Assembly (NCBI RefSeq): GCF_963921235.1
Contig: NC_086108.1
Span: 27,530,001-27,594,000 of the forward strand
DNA from: Mobula hypostoma
Lineage: Eukaryota
DNA: 64,000 bases
Reading direction: 5' to 3'
Shown here one piece after another: positions 26,631-38,439 of this stretch. The notes below the pieces were generated by a model that saw only the letters and a list, made by a program, of their open reading frames with translations, searched no databases and was not told where the DNA came from. Within the stretch, counting starts at the first letter, position 1, and each line of letters begins with the position of its first letter. A program made the position numbers and the translations under genes.

Positions 26631-27935
26631 TTCCTTAATCTTAAGCACTCTTATCACCTCCAGATCATAACACAACACCCAATCCAGCACAGCCGATCCC
26701 CTAGTGGGCTCAACAACAAGCTGTTCTAAAAAACTATGCCTTAGACATTCTACAAATTCTCTCTCTTGAGATCCAATACTGGCCTAGTTTTCCTAATCCA
26801 CTTTCATGTCCCCAACAATTATCATAACATCGCCCTTCTGACATGCCTTTTCTACCTCCGACAGTAATTTGTAATCCACATCCCGGCTGCTGTTTGGAGG
26901 CCTGTACACAACTGCCATTAGGATTGTTAGGGATGAGATTATGGAGTACCTGGAGGCACATGACAAGATAGGCCAAAGGCAGCATGGTTTCTGAAAAGAA
27001 AATCCTGCCTGAAAAACCTACTGCAATTTTTTGAGGAAATGACAAGCAGGGTAGACAAAGGAGATGCAGTAGATGCGGTGTACTTGGATTTTCAGAAGGC
27101 CTTTGACAAGGTGCCGCACATGAGGCTGCATAGTAAGATAAGAGCCCATGGAATTACAGTGAAGTTACTAGCATGGGTGGAGCATGGGCCGATTGGCAGA
27201 AGACAGAGCGTGGCAATAAGGGGATCTATTCTGGCTGGCTGCCAGTTACCAGTGGAGCTCCACAAGGATTGGTGTTGGGACTGCTGCTTTTTACGATGTA
27301 TATCAATGATTTGGACTATGGGATGAATGGATTTGTGGCTAAATTTGCCATTGATACAAAGATAGGTGGAGGAGCAGGTAGTGTTTGAGGAAACAGAAAG
27401 CCTGCAGATAGACTTAGATAGTTTAGGGGAATGGGCAAAGAAGTGGCAAATGAAATACAATGTTGGAAAGTGTATGGTACGGTTACCGTATGAGGAACGG
27501 CTGGCAGCTCTTGGGCTGTATTCCCTGGAGTTCAGGAGAATGAGGGGGGATCTCATAGAAACATTCCAAATGTTAAAAGGCCTGAACAGATTAGATATGC
27601 CAAAGTTGTTTCCCATGGTAGGGTATTCTAGGACAAGAGGGCACAACTTCAGGATTGAAGGACATCCACTTAGAACAGAGATTTGGAGAAATTACTTTAG
27701 TTAGAGGGTGGTAAATCTGTGGAATTTGTTGCCATGAGTGGCTGTGGAGGCCAAGTCTCCGGGTGCATTTAAGGCAGAGACAGATAGGTTCTTGGTTAGC
27801 CAGGGCTTCAAAGGGTATGGGGTAAAGGCAGGGGAATGGGGATGACTGGAAGAATTGGATCAACCCATGATTGAATGGTGGATCAGACTTGATGGGTCAA
27901 ATGGCTTCCTTCTGCTCCTATATCTTATGGTCTAA
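26631..27935. mobile_element. CR1 LINE with inverted endonuclease segment (26631-~26922, -) fused to RT/3' end (+), with an internal deletion
   Basis: Minus VVYRPPNSSRDVD..FLEQLVVEPTRGSAVLDWVL; plus VYLDFQKAFDKVPH, SGAPQG, YINDLD, KFAID, YSLEFRRMRGDLIE; tail tcttatggtct. Confidence 0.85.
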
Positions 27936-28500
27936 TCAGCTCTGTGCCTCCACAGTTGCTGTCTGACCCTGTCACTGACTTACTGACTTCCTGCAGCAGA
28001 TTGTTTTTTTTTTAACCATAAACAGGTGAAGTTGAAAATAATCAGCGTACTAGGACACTTCTGTAGGGTGATAAACCATTGGTATTTCAGTTTAATGACT
28101 TCCCACGAGAACTGATTAATGGAATTTCAATGTGAGTCATCAAAAATAATTTCATTTTCCTCCTGCACAAACCCAGAAATCCTAAACTTGCTATCCAAGC
28201 TGGTGTCTCTTTCTCTAATGAAACCTTAGAAATCCCAAACTCGATATCCAAACTGTTGTCTGTGTTCCTTCTGATCAGATCCAGAAATCCCAAACTTGCT
28301 AAATTGGTGACTGTGTTCTCTGATGGTTTCAAGCCTTTGGAATTTCCAGTACCTGTACAGGAGTAATTGAGTCCATTTTACTGAAGGTAACTGTGGAGAA
28401 GATAGCTACTTGTTAGTTTTTCATTTTTTAATATTTTGTGTTTGCTGTATTTAACAAACCGAACTTCACAAATGGAGGAAAATTTCTTTTTATTTATTTC

Positions 28501-31500
28501 TGTTTTGTAACTTCAAAACATTAAACTAATTTAAATGAAAACAAGACAGCCAAGAGATGTGAACCTATCTTTGTCCTTTACTCTAAGCAAGGCACAAGGC
28601 ACATACTTATCATGTGGTGGTGAGATGACATATGCAATTCACGTACTTTTACATATAACCACAATGAATCATAAAAACAACAAAGATTACTTAATCAATC
28701 AATATATTTACAAGATTACTCAAATATTACTAAAATATTAAATACTCAACACTCCTCCCTGCTTAGCTCTAAATCCCATCTCAATATAGAATGCATCTCA
28801 ACTGTAAATAGGAGGGGTGATTGATAAGTTCATGGCCTAAGGTAGAAGGAGTCAATTTTAGAAAACCTAGCACATTTATTTTTCAACAAAGTCCCCTCCT
28901 ACACATAGTCCAGCGGTCGTGGAGCATACGGATCTTGGACTTCCAGGAAGTGTCCACAGCAGGGGTGATTGATAAGTTTGTGGCCTAAGGTGCAAGGAGT
29001 TGAGTTGTACAGCTCTCATTACATGCACGTGCAGTTCAACTCTTTGAGTGATTATGCAGAAAGTTTGAGGTTAATAACTCATCAGTTAATAACTCATCAA
29101 GGGTGATTGATAAGTTTGTGGCCTAACGCAGAAGAGATGAGCTACTAACTGACATCTACAGCATAGCAAGTTTCAAATTGTCCCTTTCATGCCTAAAGAT
29201 TTAATCGCTGTGGAGAATTTCTTACTATTGTGGGATACCGTCTTTTCTGACATGCTTGGCAGGTGAGACTTATGGCCGTGAAACAATCCCAGGTTCTGGA
29301 GCCTCCTCTGTGGCGGTTGTAGGAGCTGACTCTGAGACTGCAGGAAGTTGTTCCGTCAGCTCTGGACACCTCTCTTCTCCTTTTTTGACTTCTTGCCTTT
29401 CTTTTTCTCAACTTCCTTTTTCTTCTCGTTTATTGTGAGCATCTGAATTTGATAATTTTTTGAGAAACTGGGTCTCGTTTCTCTTCCATTTCCATTGCAC
29501 TTAATGTCATTCTCCTCTTTCTTTTCCCTTTTCTGCTTTCTAGGATGTGCATCTTGATCTTGGGAAGGTGCATTTAGTTCACTGGAGTATTCTCTTGGAG
29601 TATCCTTCTATTGCTCTCTTTATGACCTGATCTCTTTTCTTAGTTTCCTCATCCACAACATCATCTGACAAATCCTTTGTTTTTGTATCTCCATTGACTT
29701 TTTTTCTTTTTGGCTGTTCATTCATCCAGCTGGGCTTTGGTCTGGCCATCTACTTTTACAAACAGCTTTTTATCTCCCATTTGAAATTCATGCAATATCC
29801 TTAGTGCATGCAGAGTAGATTCTGGTTCTTTAAATCACAAAAGCCATATGCTTGCAACTTTCCTGAAGCTCCTTGAATTCTCTTCTTGCTTAAAGTAAGC
29901 CATATTTCGCAAGTAGCTGAACACAAGTGATTAACACATCAGAAGCTTACTAAGATATGATACCTACAGAAACTGTTGCAATCAGACCATTGTTATCATC
30001 ACTTTCACAACTCCTCTAAGTAGCATGGTCCTTCCTTGGTCCAATATGATTTTCAACCAAAGGCACAGAGCATGGCACCAACACCTGTTTGCCCTCTTCT
30101 GGGAGCAGTTCATGGTGTACACCATGGAGACAATTGTGACATCATGCAGTGTCCTTTTAATTCACTTTTAGTTGGCTCTATTGCAGAGGATGTGGCATAC
30201 AAATAGTGGATGGATCTCCAATCAAGTTGTAGCTGTCTCAGCCAATCATGGCCTCACAATGCTGGCCCTCCTGGTTTTTACCACATACAAGCCCAATGTG
30301 GCCTGTTGGTTCTTGTATTTCACTGTTGTAAATGTCATTCACACAGGAGTTATCTTTTCTCCACTATAAGTTTAGTTGGATATCTGCAGGCTTCAGTTTA
30401 GTGTATTTGAAATGCCATTCAAACTCATTTTGTGCAATGATGAAACAGCTGAATCAATATCCAATTCAATTTTAATTAATTTGCCATTCACTTCTGCTGT
30501 ATGCCATATTGCTTACCTATTGTTAATTTTTACATTGCAAATCTCAAGGTTACCAAGCCATGCGTCACTTTCGTCATTATCAGATTTTTCATCAACAGCA
30601 TGTAGAATAGAGCTTATTTTGAAACCGAATTTTGACTTTTTAACTTTTTCTCTTCCCTGTGCAGTCCATTTATTTCTGACTGTCTGACATATTCTTTGAA
30701 TGTGTCCCGCTTTGTTGTATTTACTGCAAGTTTCAACTTTAAATCTGCATTTGTCTGGTGTATGTGAGCCTCTGCCACAATGGTAACCCAATTTTTTCAG
30801 CCAAGCAGGCCACCTTTTAGAGATTGCAATTTTGTCCACGCTCGCGTTCATTCCTAATTGCAACTCAATTACATCTCTGTTTGCTGTTTTTATTGATACA
30901 GCTTTTTCAACTGCTCTTTTAAATGTAAGTTGTGTTTCAGTCTGGAGTTGTTTTTGAATGCTTCCTTGTCAGATTCCACAAACTAAATGATCTTTCAGTG
31001 CATCAATAAGACCATCATCAGACAATCTCTTCAGTTCAGCCATTTACACTGAAATAGAAATGGACTCCCCTTCCTTTCGATTATGCTTGTAAAACCTACA
31101 AATTATGCAACAATAATGCTTTTGGCTCTAAACATTCCTGCATTGCCTTCATAATATCAGCAAATCTTATTTCTGTTGGTCTGGTTAGAGCAGTCAAACC
31201 TCAAAGAAACTGTATGTCTTTAAACCCAAAGCACTCAGCAAAATTGGTACTGACTTCTCATTGGTTATTTCATTTCCTTCAAAACACTGTTGAATTAGCT
31301 CCGAATACATGAGCCAGTTACCCATTAAGCAATCAAACATGTCTATCTTTCCAATGTAGCCAGCCATTTCTGCTTTTATTTATGATTATTATCACCTGAT
31401 ACTTAACGTCTATGAACCTGTGAATTCTTCTGTGTTCTGAACTCCAGTGTCTCTGCATGTGCTGCACTGTGCTTTTTTAAAAATCAACCATTTCCCTGCA

Positions 31501-31824
31501 TTTTTTTTTACTCAAATGCCTCACTGTGCTTCAACTGGTCGGTAGCCATCTCGGGTTTGTTTTAAAATTACCTCCGTGCCACTATTATGTTTTGTAACTT
31601 CAAAATTTAAACTAATTCAAAGGAAAACAAGAGAACCAAGAGATATGAGTCTAACTTCGTTCTTTCCTTTAAGCAAGGCACACACCTATCATATGGTAGC
31701 ATAATGATGTATGCAATTCACAATTTTTACAGATAGACGTAATGAATTATATAAACAACAAAGAATGCTTAATCAAGCAATATTTCACAAGATTACTCAA
31801 TACTGAAATACTAAATACAGAACA
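28501..31824 (-). mobile_element. Decayed Ty3/Gypsy LTR retrotransposon, internally deleted
   Basis: Direct repeats starting tgttttgtaacttcaaaa at 28501-28751 and 31588-31824 (TG..CA); PPT-like agggaggag next to the 3' LTR; gag from ~31367 (MAGYIGKIDMFD) with Zn-knuckle remnants HCGRGSHTPDKC..C.K..KAGHIQRIC; pol C-end RRYPT.VR..PQRL. Confidence 0.8.
28812..29150 (+). repeat. Mariner-TIR-derived tandem repeat inside the Gypsy element
   Basis: Three copies of gggtgattgataagtt..tggcctaa at ~28815, ~28962 and ~29101; same family as 14420-14646. Confidence 0.65.
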
Positions 31825-33303
31825 ATTTTCAATTTATGTTATTTTTTATGATTTCTTATTTATTTTAAATAATTTATGAATGTTCTGAAGGTCCAGATAA
31901 TGTTTTCAAAGCTGGATGGTCTAAATCTCATTGTTCTGCTGGTTGCCAATATAAAATGAATGTTTCTGTATTCAGAAACATTTAACATTACAAATTATCA
32001 AAGCAGTTAAAATACAAAATCATGTAAAAGCATTAAAGACTATGAAAAAATTTAAATGAATTCAATTAATTCAGAAAATTTATTCTATCACTTTTTACCT
32101 TGATTAGTTTCTCCTTACTGAAATGAATAGTGCAATATGGGAAAGGCTGAGCAAGCAAATCCCCCAATGTAATTCCTAGAAAACTGTAAGAAATCAGAAT
32201 CCTGATCTCTGAAGGTTCTGGTAGTTAGAAAGGAGCCTGTAAAACCAAGCACATACACATAAGGAATTTCGGAATCTGAGCTTTCACAGTAGTTTACTTT
32301 CCATGTGAATCTGTCATTGTCCATTTTGGTGAAAGCCCAAAAAAGTGAGTCAGTCACTGGTCACACTGGTCCGAGGGTCTCAGGTACAATTTGCTCCTCT
32401 CCCTGACATTGAGTCTCATTAGCTGCTAGAGTAACAAGCACAAGGAAATTTTCTCACCCGAATCTTTTAGCTTTGAACAACCATATGAATTTGACTTTAA
32501 AATAACTTAATGTGATTCAGTATTGACATTAAGAAAAAACTGACATCATACCAATTTTTATTCAAATATTCTAATTCTGTCTTTCAGAGTGTATTACTTG
32601 CAGCTGAGGTTACAGTATCAGCAGCACTATTGACTCTATGGGTGTTAGTTAAAAAAGATGTAACAAGGTTTCTAGGGAAAGTGGTGTCTCAGTGATTTCA
32701 GGATAAATCAAGGATCAGCTTTGTTTCTGAGGGACAAGTTTAATTTTGAATTTGAGAAATGACACTGCAGATATGGGGATCTGGAACAATACACAAGCTG
32801 CTGAAGGTGCTCAGTGGGTTATAACCTTTGGACATTTTGGGTTGAGACCCTTTATTTGGGCTTTCACTTTGGTCTTTATTAGGCTACCGCTGGAGTATAA
32901 AGAAATACTTGTATAACCTTTTGGGTTTTAATTTAAATCTACTGGATCTTATGACTACAGCACTGTTAGAAAGCTTGCAAACTCTGTAGACTTGTTCATT
33001 TATTTATTTATTAGGAAAAATGATCAAATACTATATGTATGTGTTGAAGAAGTATGTGAACCTCTGGGGTAATGGCTTCCACAAAAGCTATTTGGAGTCA
33101 GGTGTTCTAATCAATGAGATGAGATTGGAGGTGAATGTTGTGGAAGTGCCCTGCTCTATAAAAAAGACACACAGTCAGGCTACTGACAGAACCTGCTCTT
33201 CTCAAGAAAAACAACAGGAATTCTGCAGATGCTGGAAATTCAAGCAACACACACAAAATGCTGGTGAACGCAGCAGGCCAAGCAGCATCTATAGGAAGAG
33301 GTG

Positions 33304-33345
33304 CAGTCGACGTTTCAGGCCGAGACCCTTCGTCAGGACTAACTG
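33304..33345 (-). ncRNA. Minimal hammerhead ribozyme motif (PLE-type)
   Basis: Reverse complement reads agtc-CTGACGA-aggg tctcgg cct-GAAA-c-GTC-gact. Confidence 0.7.
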
Positions 33346-34278
33346 AAGGAAGAGTGAGTAAGGGATTTGAAAGTTGGAGGGGGAGGGGGAGATCCAAAAT
33401 GATAGGAGAAGACAGGAGGGGGAGGGATAGAGCCGAGAGCTGGACAGGTGATTGGCAAAAGGGATACGAGAGGATCATGGGACAGGAGGTCCGGGAAGAA
33501 AGACAAGGGGGGGGGACCCAGAGGATGGGCAAGAGGTATATTCAGAGGGACAGAGGGAGAAAAAGGAGAGTGAGAGAAAGAATGTGTGCATAAAAATAAG
33601 TAACAGATGGGGTACGAGGGGGAGGTGGGGCATTAGCGGAAGTTAGAGAAGTCGATGTTCATATCATCAGGTTGGAGGCTACCCAGACGGAATATAAGGT
33701 GTTGTTCCTCCAACCTGAGTGTGGCTTCATCTTTACAGTAGAGGAGGCCGTGGATAGACATGTCAGAATGGGAATGGGATGTGAAATTAAAATGTGTGGC
33801 CACTGGGAGATCCTGCTTTCTCTGGCGGACAGAGCGTAGATGTTCAGCAAAGCGGTCTCCCAGTCTGCGTTGGGTCTCGCCAATATATAAAAGGCCACAT
33901 CGGGAGCACCGGATGCAGTATATCACCCCAGTCGACTCACAGGTGAAGTGTGCCTCACCTGGAAGGACTGTTTGGGGCCCTGAATGGTGGTAAGGGAGGA
34001 AATGTAAGGGCATGTGTAGCACTTGTTCCGCTTACACGGATAAGTGCCAGGAGGGAGATCAGTGGGGAGGGATAAATGGACAAGGGAGTTGCGTAGGGAG
34101 CGATCCCTGCGGAATGCAGAGAGAGGGGGGGAGGGAAAGATGTGCTTAGTGGTGGGATCCCGTTGGAGGTGGCGGAAGTTACGGAGAATAATATGTTGGA
34201 CCCGGAGGCTGGTGGGGTGGTATCCGTCTCCGCCGCATCTGCTCTCAGGATGAGGCTTTTCATTCTAGGACGAGGGAG

Positions 34279-35019
34279 ATGTCTTCCTTTTTTAAAGAAA
34301 GGGGCTTCCCTTCCTCCACTATCAACTCTGCTCTTAAACGCATCTCCCCCATTTCACGTACATCTGCTCTCACTCCATCATCCCGCCACCCCACTAGGAA
34401 TAGGGTTCCCCTGGTCCTCACCTACCACCCCACCAGCCTCCGGGTCCGACATATTATTCTCCGTAACTTCCGCCACCTCCAACGTGATCCCACCACTAAG
34501 CACATCTTTCCCTCCCCCCCCCCTGCATTCCGCAGGGATCGCTCCCTACACAACTCCCTTGTCCATTCGTCCCCCCCATCCCTCCCCACTGATCTCCCTC
34601 CTGGCACTTATCCGTGTAAGCGGAACAAGTGCTACACATGCCCTTACACTTCCTCCCTTACCACCATTCAGGGCCCCAAACAGTCCTTCCAGGTGAGGCA
34701 ACACTTCACCTGTGAGTTGACTGGGGTGATATACTGCGTCTGGTGCTCCCGATGTGGCCTTTTATATATTGGCGAGACCCCACACAGACTGGGAGACCGC
34801 TTTGCTGAACATCTACGCTCTGTCCGCCAGAGAAAGCAGGATCTCCCAGTGGCCACACATTTTAATTCCACATCCCATTCCCATTCTGACATGTCTATCC
34901 ACTGCCTCCTCTACTGTAAAGATGAAGCCACACTCAGGTTGGAGGAACAACACCTTATATTCCGTCTGGGTAGCCTCCAATCTGATGGCATGAACATCGA
35001 CTTCTCTAACTTCCACTAA
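34279..35019 (+). CDS. PLE polyprotein C-terminus (5'-truncated): Cys-rich linker + GIY-YIG endonuclease
   Basis: 246-aa open frame with RVPLVLTYHP, PCKRNKCYTC and VIYCVWCSRCGLLYIGET..RLGDRFAEH; Cys linker suggests Neptune-type. Confidence 0.8.
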   Translation: MSSFFKERGFPSSTINSALKRISPISRTSALTPSSRHPTRNRVPLVLTYHPTSLRVRHIILRNFRHLQRDPTTKHIFPSPPPAFRRDRSLHNSLVHSSPPSLPTDLPPGTYPCKRNKCYTCPYTSSLTTIQGPKQSFQVRQHFTCELTGVIYCVWCSRCGLLYIGETPHRLGDRFAEHLRSVRQRKQDLPVATHFNSTSHSHSDMSIHCLLYCKDEATLRLEEQHLIFRLGSLQSDGMNIDFSNFH

Positions 35020-35308
35020 GGCCCCACCTCCCCCTCGTAGCCCATCTGTTACTTATTTTTATGCACACATTCTTTCTCTCACTCTCCTTTTTTTCCCTCT
35101 GTCCCTCTGAATATACCTCTTGCCCATCCTCTGGGTTCCCCCCCCCTTGTCTTTCTTCCCGGACCTCCTGTCCCATGATCCTCTCGTATCCCCTTTTGCC
35201 TATCACTTGTCCAGCTCTTGGCTCTATCCCTCCCCCTCCTGTCTTCCCCTATCATTTTGGATCTCCCCCTCCCCCTCCAACTTTCAAATCCCTTACTCAC
35301 TCTTCCTT

Positions 35309-35350
35309 CAGTTAGTCCTGACGAAGGGTCTCGGCCTGAAACGTCGACTG
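35309..35350 (+). ncRNA. Minimal hammerhead ribozyme motif (PLE-type)
   Basis: agtc(35314)-CTGACGA(35318-24)-aggg tctcgg cct-GAAA(35338-41)-c-GTC-gact; stem I agtc/gact. Confidence 0.7.
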
Positions 35351-36662
35351 CACCCCTACCTACAGATGCTGCCTGGCCTGCTGCGTTCACCAGAAACTTT
35401 GATGTGTGTTGCTTCTCAAGAAAAATCTGCTTACGTGCACCATGTCTCGATCAAAACAACTTTCAGAGGACCTTAGAGGAAGAATTATAGAGATGTATGA
35501 AGCTAGAAAAGGCTATAAAAGCATTTCTAATGACTTGCGTGTTCATCAGTCCACCGTAAGAGGAACTGAGAAAACTCAGTACTGTTACTTCTCTCCTTAG
35601 GGGTGGGAATCTTGCAAAAATCACACCAAGAGCACAACATGCAATGCTGAAGAAGGTGAAAAAGAACCCAAGGGTATCAGAAAAAGTCCTGCAGAAATCA
35701 CTAGAACTTACTAAAGTCTTTGTTTATGTGTCCACAGTAAGAAAAAACACTGAACAAGAATGGTGTTCATGGAAGGACACAACAGAAGAAACCACTGCTC
35801 TCCAGAAAAAACTTGCTGCATGTCTCAAGTTTGCAAAAGATGACCTGGATGCTCTACAATGCCTCTGGGTCAATGTTCTGTGGACAAATGAGACAAAAGT
35901 GGAACTTCTTGGCAGAAATGCACAATGCTATGTTTGGAGGAAAAGGGCACTGCACACCAAAACCAAAACCTCATCCCAACTGAGAAGCATGGTAGAATGA
36001 TAGAAGGAGTATCATGGTTTCGGGCTACTTTGCTGCCTCAGGGCCTGGATAGCTTGCAACCATTGAGAGAACAATTAATTCAAAATTACAGGAGAATATC
36101 AGGGTAGCAGTCTGCCACCTGAAGCTCAATAGAAGTTGGTGTCACATTGGGGGGGGGGGGGCATTGGGAGCAAGGGTGGATCCAAATGCAAGACACATCT
36201 TGTGAGGTTAAGTAAACTGAGTTTATTGTTGATACCAGAAGAGCAAAGCAGAAGCAGGAATAGCGAACTGGACAAAGACTCAAGACTACGACTAGGCTGG
36301 GACAAGAGTCTGGGCTAGGACTTGGAATAGGATCCCAGAACTAGAGGAGACATGAAGAGGCTGGACTCCGAGCCAGGGACTGGGCAAAGACCCAGTACCT
36401 GGATCTTGCGTCGGGCTCAGACCCCAGAACCAGGCATGGACATGACATGGGCTAGGGAGAGGAGGAACACGGAAAAATAGAGCCTCGATCTTGGGAGAGC
36501 AGGTACATGGAACCATGAACACATACACAGAACACAGAGTTGGGACCCCTCCTTGGGTACAAGACATAGGGTCAGGACTCACACACAGAACAGAGAGCCG
36601 GGACCCCTCCTTGGGTACAGGACATAGGGCCAGGACTCAAGACCCCCTGCGGTGCAATGGAA

Positions 36663-36920
36663 AGACGGCTTGACTTAACCCACGGAGACGAGGACAAGAT
36701 GAGACAAAACATGACCTCCTGCAGGGTAACAGCAAGACGGCCTGACTTACCCCACGGAGGCGAGGACCAGACAAGACAAGACATGACCCCCCAGGGGACA
36801 ATGGCAAGACAGCCTGACTTACCCCACGGAGGCGAGGACCAGACAAGACAAGACATGACCCCCCAGGGGACAACGGCAAGACAGCCTGACTTACCCCACG
36901 GAGGTGAGGACAAGACAAGA
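36663..36920. repeat. 72-bp tandem repeat (~3.5 copies)
   Basis: agac(g/a)gc(c/t)tgactta.cccacggag..gaggac units at 36663, 36735, 36807 and 36879. Confidence 0.9.
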
Positions 36921-37065
36921 CCAACACGAAAGAACACCAGACAGTACCTATCTAGATCCGGCGATAGAACTAGACCGAAGTGCAGGCGAGGGCTGCAGAC
37001 GAGGGCTAGAGGGGAGAGGGGCAGAGACGGGATTCAGACAGGGGGGTAGGACAGGAATCACAGAC

Positions 37066-37290
37066 CGCCAGGACCAGGACTTGACTCAGAACTTGGTACC
37101 GCCAGGGCTGGGACTCGACTCAGTACTTGGATGCGCCAGCACCGGACTTGAATCGGAACTTGGATGCCGCCAGGGCCGGGACTTGACTCGGAACTTGGAT
37201 GCTGCTAGGGACGGGACTTGACTCGACTCGACTCGACTCGGTACTTGGACGCCACCAGGGCCAGGACTTTTCTTGGTACTTGAATGCCCC
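37066..37290. repeat. ~35-bp degenerate tandem repeat
   Basis: Recurring cgccagggccgggacttgactcggaacttggat. Confidence 0.8.
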
Positions 37291-38439
37291 CAGAGCCAGG
37301 ACTTGACTTGCAGCTTCCGGGTCGTGGCGAGCTCTCGACTTGGCCCGGGAACAGTAGACAGCGGTTCTTGATTCCCTCTGGTGGGTTGACTGATGGACCC
37401 ACCTCGGTGAGGAAACTTTGCAGGCTCTCTTTAGTGAGGTAACTTGACAAGGTTACTCCGGTGAGGAAAGGCGAATTACCGGCACTCGCTTCGGGCGGAG
37501 ACTAGGCTTGCTCCGGCCAGATGACATTGGCACGCCATAGCTTTGGTGACTTTGCAGACGCTCTCGCGCCAAACAGCTGAAAGTCGGAGACTGTAACTAC
37601 CGGTTCAGTTGAGAGTAAATTGCCTCCAATCACCAAAGCCGAGGGACATGGGAAAACAGGGAACCAAAGGGAAACAGGAAGTCAACGGTCCGGATCGCAA
37701 CATAAACAAAGTAAATTTAAAGGGACCCTGACCCAGACCATGACAATTGGATAATGTAACAAGACAATAATCGAAAAGAGGAGCACATCAACAACAGAAC
37801 TGTTTAAAAAGTAGAAAATTCATGTTTTGGAATGTCCAAAGCAAAAACATGATCTTAATCCTATAGAAATATTGTGGATGGACCTGATGCAAGCAGTTTA
37901 TGCAAGGAAACCCACCAACATCCCTGAGTTGAAGCAGTTTTGGCACTAGGAATAGCCTAAAATACCTCCAAGCTGGTGTGCAGGATTGATCAACAATTAC
38001 TGGAAATGTTTGGTTAAAGTTATTGCTGTACAAGGGGGACACACCAGTTACTGAAAGCAAAGGTTCACAGACTTTTTCCAACAAATACTGTGATATTGCA
38101 TCATCTTTCTTAATAAATAAACAAACAAGTATAATGTTTTTTGTGTTATTTACTTAATTGGGGTCTCCTTATCAAGTTTTAGGACCTACATGAAGATCTA
38201 ATCATATTTTAGGCCACATTTATGCAGAAATAGACAAAATTCTCCAGGGTTCACAAACTTTCTAGCATCACTGTACCTTTCCAGTCTTGTCAATATAAAC
38301 TCACGAGCAATCCTAAGGAAGCAGACCTTGAATGCATCATTTATGTGTGATTCTCCACATTTTTCTTTGCATCTGAAATTTGAATACCTGTTAGAATGAC
38401 AGGCAAGTTCCGTTTAAAATCATGTCTACAAGATACCTC

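Larger units (their letters stand above)
33212..35411. mobile_element. Young Penelope-like element with ~1 kb inverted arms, 14-bp TSD
   Basis: cttctcaagaaaaa at 33198-33211 and 35412-35425; arms ~33243-34222 (-) and 34423-35413 (+) are near-identical reverse complements. Confidence 0.9.
36140..37745 (-). mobile_element. Solo-LTR-like insertion in the Tc1 transposase
   Basis: tgtca...tgaca ends, flanks gttgg/attgg (5-bp TSD, one mismatch); the Tc1 frame resumes on the other side; one end resembles 57641-60049. Confidence 0.75.
32958..38273 (+). mobile_element. Tc1-family DNA transposon (decayed), split by two insertions
   Basis: TA-flanked imperfect TIRs cagcactgttagaaagcttgcaaac / gttcacaaactttctagcatcactg; transposase pieces MSRSKQLSEDLRGRII..GYKSIS (ATG 35442), VLWTNETKVELLG, W IM*QDN and LNPIE.LW resuming after 37746. 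Confidence 0.85.

Noticed and set aside
28087..28350. Minus ORF with repeated ASLGFL, possibly a repeat-peptide exon
   Set aside because: The underlying DNA repeat (agaaatcc.aaact at 28175, 28228, 28283) has periods of 53 and 55 bp, so the middle unit is out of frame; it is a degenerate minisatellite
32119..32176. Possible 57-bp minus-strand exon with AG/GTAAG boundaries
   Set aside because: All three frames are open and none is recognisable; could easily be chance
36663..37290. Regular repeats that might be taken for a CRISPR array
   Set aside because: Contiguous tandem units without unique spacers, in eukaryotic context, no cas genes
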